Below are positions 62,058-64,000 of a stretch of DNA of 64,000 bases, one piece after another; the first letter of the stretch is position 1; the number at the start of each line of letters is the position of its first letter. The notes beneath the pieces are model-generated. The model saw only the letters and a program-made list of their open reading frames with translations. It was not told the origin of the DNA and did no database searches. Made by a program: the position numbers and the translations under genes. Source of the DNA: Pseudomonadota bacterium (GTDB lineage Bacteria > Pseudomonadota > Gammaproteobacteria > Pseudomonadales > JADFDG01); assembly GCA_049324495.1 (NCBI GenBank), contig JBMOOP010000058.1, forward strand, positions 65,275 through 129,274. Direction: 5' to 3'.

Positions 62058-62130
62058 ATGCCGAGCTGGCAGAGGCCGATTGCGCGCTGCTGAGGGCAAC
62101 GCCGGCCGCCGTCAGGGAATCCTTGGCGGC

Positions 62131-62412
62131 TCACAGGTACTTGGTGATCTCCTTGAGCTCTTCGAGCGAATCCCGCTTGCCTTTGCGGGCGGCCTCGATG
62201 GTGTGCTCCAGGCAATGATCGATATGGTCCTGGATCAGCGTCCGCTTGGCCTGGCAGACCGCCTTTTCGACGGCGTGCAGCTGCTGCGCGATCTCCGTAC
62301 AGGAACGCGCTGCCTCGATCATGGTGACGATGCTGTCGATGTGCCCGCGTGCGCGCTTCAGTCGCTTCGCGATGTCGGTATGACTTTCATGCAGGTGTGG
62401 GTGGTCAGTCAT
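62131..62412 (-). CDS. CsoR/RcnR/FrmR-family metal-sensing repressor (CsoR-type C-H-C fingerprint)
   Basis: 93 aa. C38, H63 and C67 are spaced 25 and 4 residues apart, like the Cu(I) ligands C36/H61/C65 of CsoR. The N-terminus is His-rich (HPHLHESH). Confidence 0.85.
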   Translation of the reverse strand: MTDHPHLHESHTDIAKRLKRARGHIDSIVTMIEAARSCTEIAQQLHAVEKAVCQAKRTLIQDHIDHCLEHTIEAARKGKRDSLEELKEITKYL

Positions 62413-62435
62413 GATCCATCCTCAAGGCGTGTTGA

Positions 62436-62891
62436 TCAGGCGGGTGGTGCAAACCACAGCACGGCACCGGCCAGGAACAGGTAACGGCCACCCTTGGCCA
62501 GCGTGACGACGAGCAGGAAGCGCCACAAAGGTTCGCGCATGACGCCGGCGATCACCGTCAGCGCATCACCGCCCAGCGGCAGCCAGCTCAGCAGCAAGGA
62601 CCAGTGGCCCCAGCGCGCGTAGGTGGCCTGGCCGCGTGCCAGTTGCGCCGGCGAGGCGGGGAACCAGCGCCGCTCCTTGTAGCGCTCGACGTAGCGTCCG
62701 AGCCACCAGTTCACCACCGCACCCAGCACGTTACCGGCGGTGGCCACCAGCAGCAGGGTGGCAAGCGGTTGTTGTCCGGCGAGCAACAGGCCGGTGAGCA
62801 CGGCTTCCGACTGCAGTGGCAACAGCGTGGCTGCACCGAAGGCAATGGCGAACAACCCTGCGTAAGCCGACAGATCCCACATCAAATGCAC
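62436..62891 (-). CDS. YqaA/DedA-superfamily membrane protein
   Basis: 151 aa with YqaA-type sequence (AFGAATLLPLQSEAVLTGLL...GNVLGAVVNWWLGRY...). It lies 23 nt upstream of the csoR-like gene and is co-oriented with it. Confidence 0.82.
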   Translation of the reverse strand: MHLMWDLSAYAGLFAIAFGAATLLPLQSEAVLTGLLLAGQQPLATLLLVATAGNVLGAVVNWWLGRYVERYKERRWFPASPAQLARGQATYARWGHWSLLLSWLPLGGDALTVIAGVMREPLWRFLLVVTLAKGGRYLFLAGAVLWFAPPA

Positions 62892-63241
62892 CGGAGGCTT
62901 GCTCCCCGCGGAGCGGGGCCGTTATGTTGCTGATTTTATCCTCCCGGGGGGGATATGGTCAAAGCGCCTCCGGCCACTTAATTCGGTTCATGCACCCACC
63001 AGAACTTCCCTTTGCGATTCATATCAGCTCCTCCACATTAGCGCTGTCTCACTATCCCCCCCCTTTCAGAAACGCGCTCCAAGTTGCTTCTTGGGCAGCT
63101 TGCCGGCCAGATTGCGCGGCAATTCGCCAAACTCTACATGCCGCGGCAATTTAAAACAGAAATCCCGGTTACACAGAATTCTGCACACCCTCCCTTCGGA
63201 ACGCAGCGGAATGGGCCGGAATGAACTGGAACGCCAGAAAC

Positions 63242-63264
63242 AAAAAACGCGGCCGAAGCCGCGT
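63242..63264 (-). terminator. Rho-independent terminator (minus strand)
   Basis: The minus strand reads ACGCGGC-TTCG-GCCGCGT followed by TTTTTTG. It lies downstream of parE and repeat copy 2. Confidence 0.75.
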
Positions 63265-63317
63265 ATTTGCTGGAGATTCCGAACCAAAATGGACTGATTC
63301 GGAAGACGTACTGGTGG

Positions 63318-63400
63318 CCAGGCCCCCTCCCTGCCGGAATTCCATCCTGTTGATTTATAAGGGATTCCGCCGCAAAAAATGGGGTGTTACCCCCGGATTC
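63318..63400 (+). repeat. Copy 2 of the ~83-nt intergenic repeat
   Basis: See copy 1. The core is CTGCCGGAATTCCATCCTGTTGATTT at 63331-63356. Confidence 0.8.
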
Positions 63401-63499
63401 GTCCCGGATTTTTCTCGCTGCAAACAGGATCCTCGGTGTGAGTGCGAAAGCCCCTGTTTCGCTCACAACTTGTTGCAACTCCAGTTGCGGATTCGAACG

Positions 63500-63829
63500 T
63501 CAGCCGTCGCCGGATTCGTTCATCCACGCCGGTATGTCGCGCTCGCCATGCAGGACGCGCCAGACGTCAACGTGATCCGCGTTCTCGACGTAGAAAACCA
63601 GGTACGGAAATTTCGCGAGCGGCCAACTGCGCAGGCCCGGCAGGTTCACCTCGTGCGCATACCGGCTGGAGCCACTCGCGGGATGGCGACCGATGTGACC
63701 ATAGGCTTTTTCCAGCGCCGCGATGAAATCAAGGGCGGCCTGTTCGGCTCCCTCGTTCAGGTACCACGCGATGGCATCGTCCACATCCCGGTTGGCTTGC
63801 TCCCGGGGAACGACGGGCTTGCGGGTCAC
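63500..63829 (-). CDS. parE: ParE/RelE-family type II toxin
   Basis: 109 aa (VDDAIAWYLNEGAEQAALDFIAALEKAYGHIGRHPASGS...FPYLVFYVENADHVDVWRVLHGERD). The GTG start overlaps the antitoxin stop (GTGA). Confidence 0.88.
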   Translation of the reverse strand: MTRKPVVPREQANRDVDDAIAWYLNEGAEQAALDFIAALEKAYGHIGRHPASGSSRYAHEVNLPGLRSWPLAKFPYLVFYVENADHVDVWRVLHGERDIPAWMNESGDG

Positions 63830-64000
63830 CGACGCTTTGTCGCCGTCGGGCGGAGCCGGTCAAGCAGCCCCTGGAAGTAGTCCGCGTCAGCGGGCGCGGC
63901 AGGTGCGGATGCAGCCCCTGCCAGCAGCAGGTTGCGCAGCTTCAGGCGGTCCTGGTCCTTGCGGATCAGCTCGCGCACGTACTCGCTGCTGGTGCCGTAT
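63826..64000 (-). CDS. parD: ParD-type RHH antitoxin (3' part; 5' end outside window)
   Basis: The minus-strand translation ...YGTSSEYVRELIRKDQDRLKLRNLLLAGAASAPAAPADADYFQGLLDRLRPTATKRR* has the typical ParD C-terminal region. Confidence 0.8.
   Translation of the reverse strand, partial: YGTSSEYVRELIRKDQDRLKLRNLLLAGAASAPAAPADADYFQGLLDRLRPTATKRR

Noticed and set aside
62899-63297. 132-aa plus-strand ORF in the yqaA-parE intergenic region
   Set aside because: There is no RBS, the composition is poor (Ser/Arg/Pro/Leu-rich), and it spans a minus-strand terminator and promoter-like AT-rich DNA. The region is better explained as non-coding.
63313-63498. tRNA/tmRNA-like signals: CCACCA on the minus strand at 63318-63313 and a GTTCGAATCC T-loop-like string (63498-63489)
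   Set aside because: They are 170 nt apart. The T-loop-like string has no complementary 5-bp arms (TGACG versus CCGCA) and overlaps the parE stop codon region. No acceptor stem or cloverleaf can be drawn. Copy 1 of the repeat lacks the CCACCA.

Overview
GC-rich proteobacterial (gammaproteobacterium-like) chromosomal segment, densely coding. No rRNA, tRNA, CRISPR array, IS element, integrase or recognisable phage-defence system was found by eye.

Layout:
- 0-21 kb: housekeeping blocks in E. coli-like synteny. These are rodA-mrdA-rlmH-rsfS-nadD-proA, holA-lptE-leuS, and lnt-corC-ybeY-ybeZ-miaB. An alpha/beta-hydrolase::PilZ fusion, two methyltransferases and a DsbA-like isomerase are interspersed.
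- 21-25 kb: a Sco1::PCuAC copper-chaperone fusion, a porin, a small PBP-like protein and a secreted EEP-family enzyme.
- 25.4-36.1 kb: a complete urea-uptake plus urease regulon, urtABCDE-ureDABCEFG, with a sigma-54-type promoter upstream.
- 36-50 kb: mixed genes. These include a TorF-type porin, a PIN-PhoH ATPase, a DksA/TraR protein, an RhlB-like helicase, an SDR, a DUF815 ATPase, a PAS-GGDEF-EAL protein, a membrane-anchored cold-shock-domain protein, FabR, CspA, and a LemA plus M48 peptidase pair.
- 50.5-63.4 kb: the accessory-looking part. It holds a CPA-type antiporter, a graveyard of ion-transporter fragments, nhaB and an ectoine/hydroxyectoine operon. That operon's first ORF is an in-frame MarR(EctR-like)::EctA fusion, and a MarC-family gene sits between ectC and ectD. 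An ECF sigma/ZAS anti-sigma pair, a DoxX gene and a secreted peptide with seven EGKCG motifs follow. The peptide is a candidate MNIO-type copper-binding RiPP precursor, but the downstream maturase gene is only a frameshifted stub that abuts a yqaA-csoR unit.
- The 50.5-63.4 kb segment is bracketed by two diverged ~83-nt direct repeats, and a parDE module follows at the window end.

Assessment: the most interesting items are the orphaned EGKCG precursor locus, the MarR::EctA fusion, the hydrolase::PilZ fusion and the repeat pair. I see no clearly new multi-gene system. All family assignments are from reading the translations, not from database searches.
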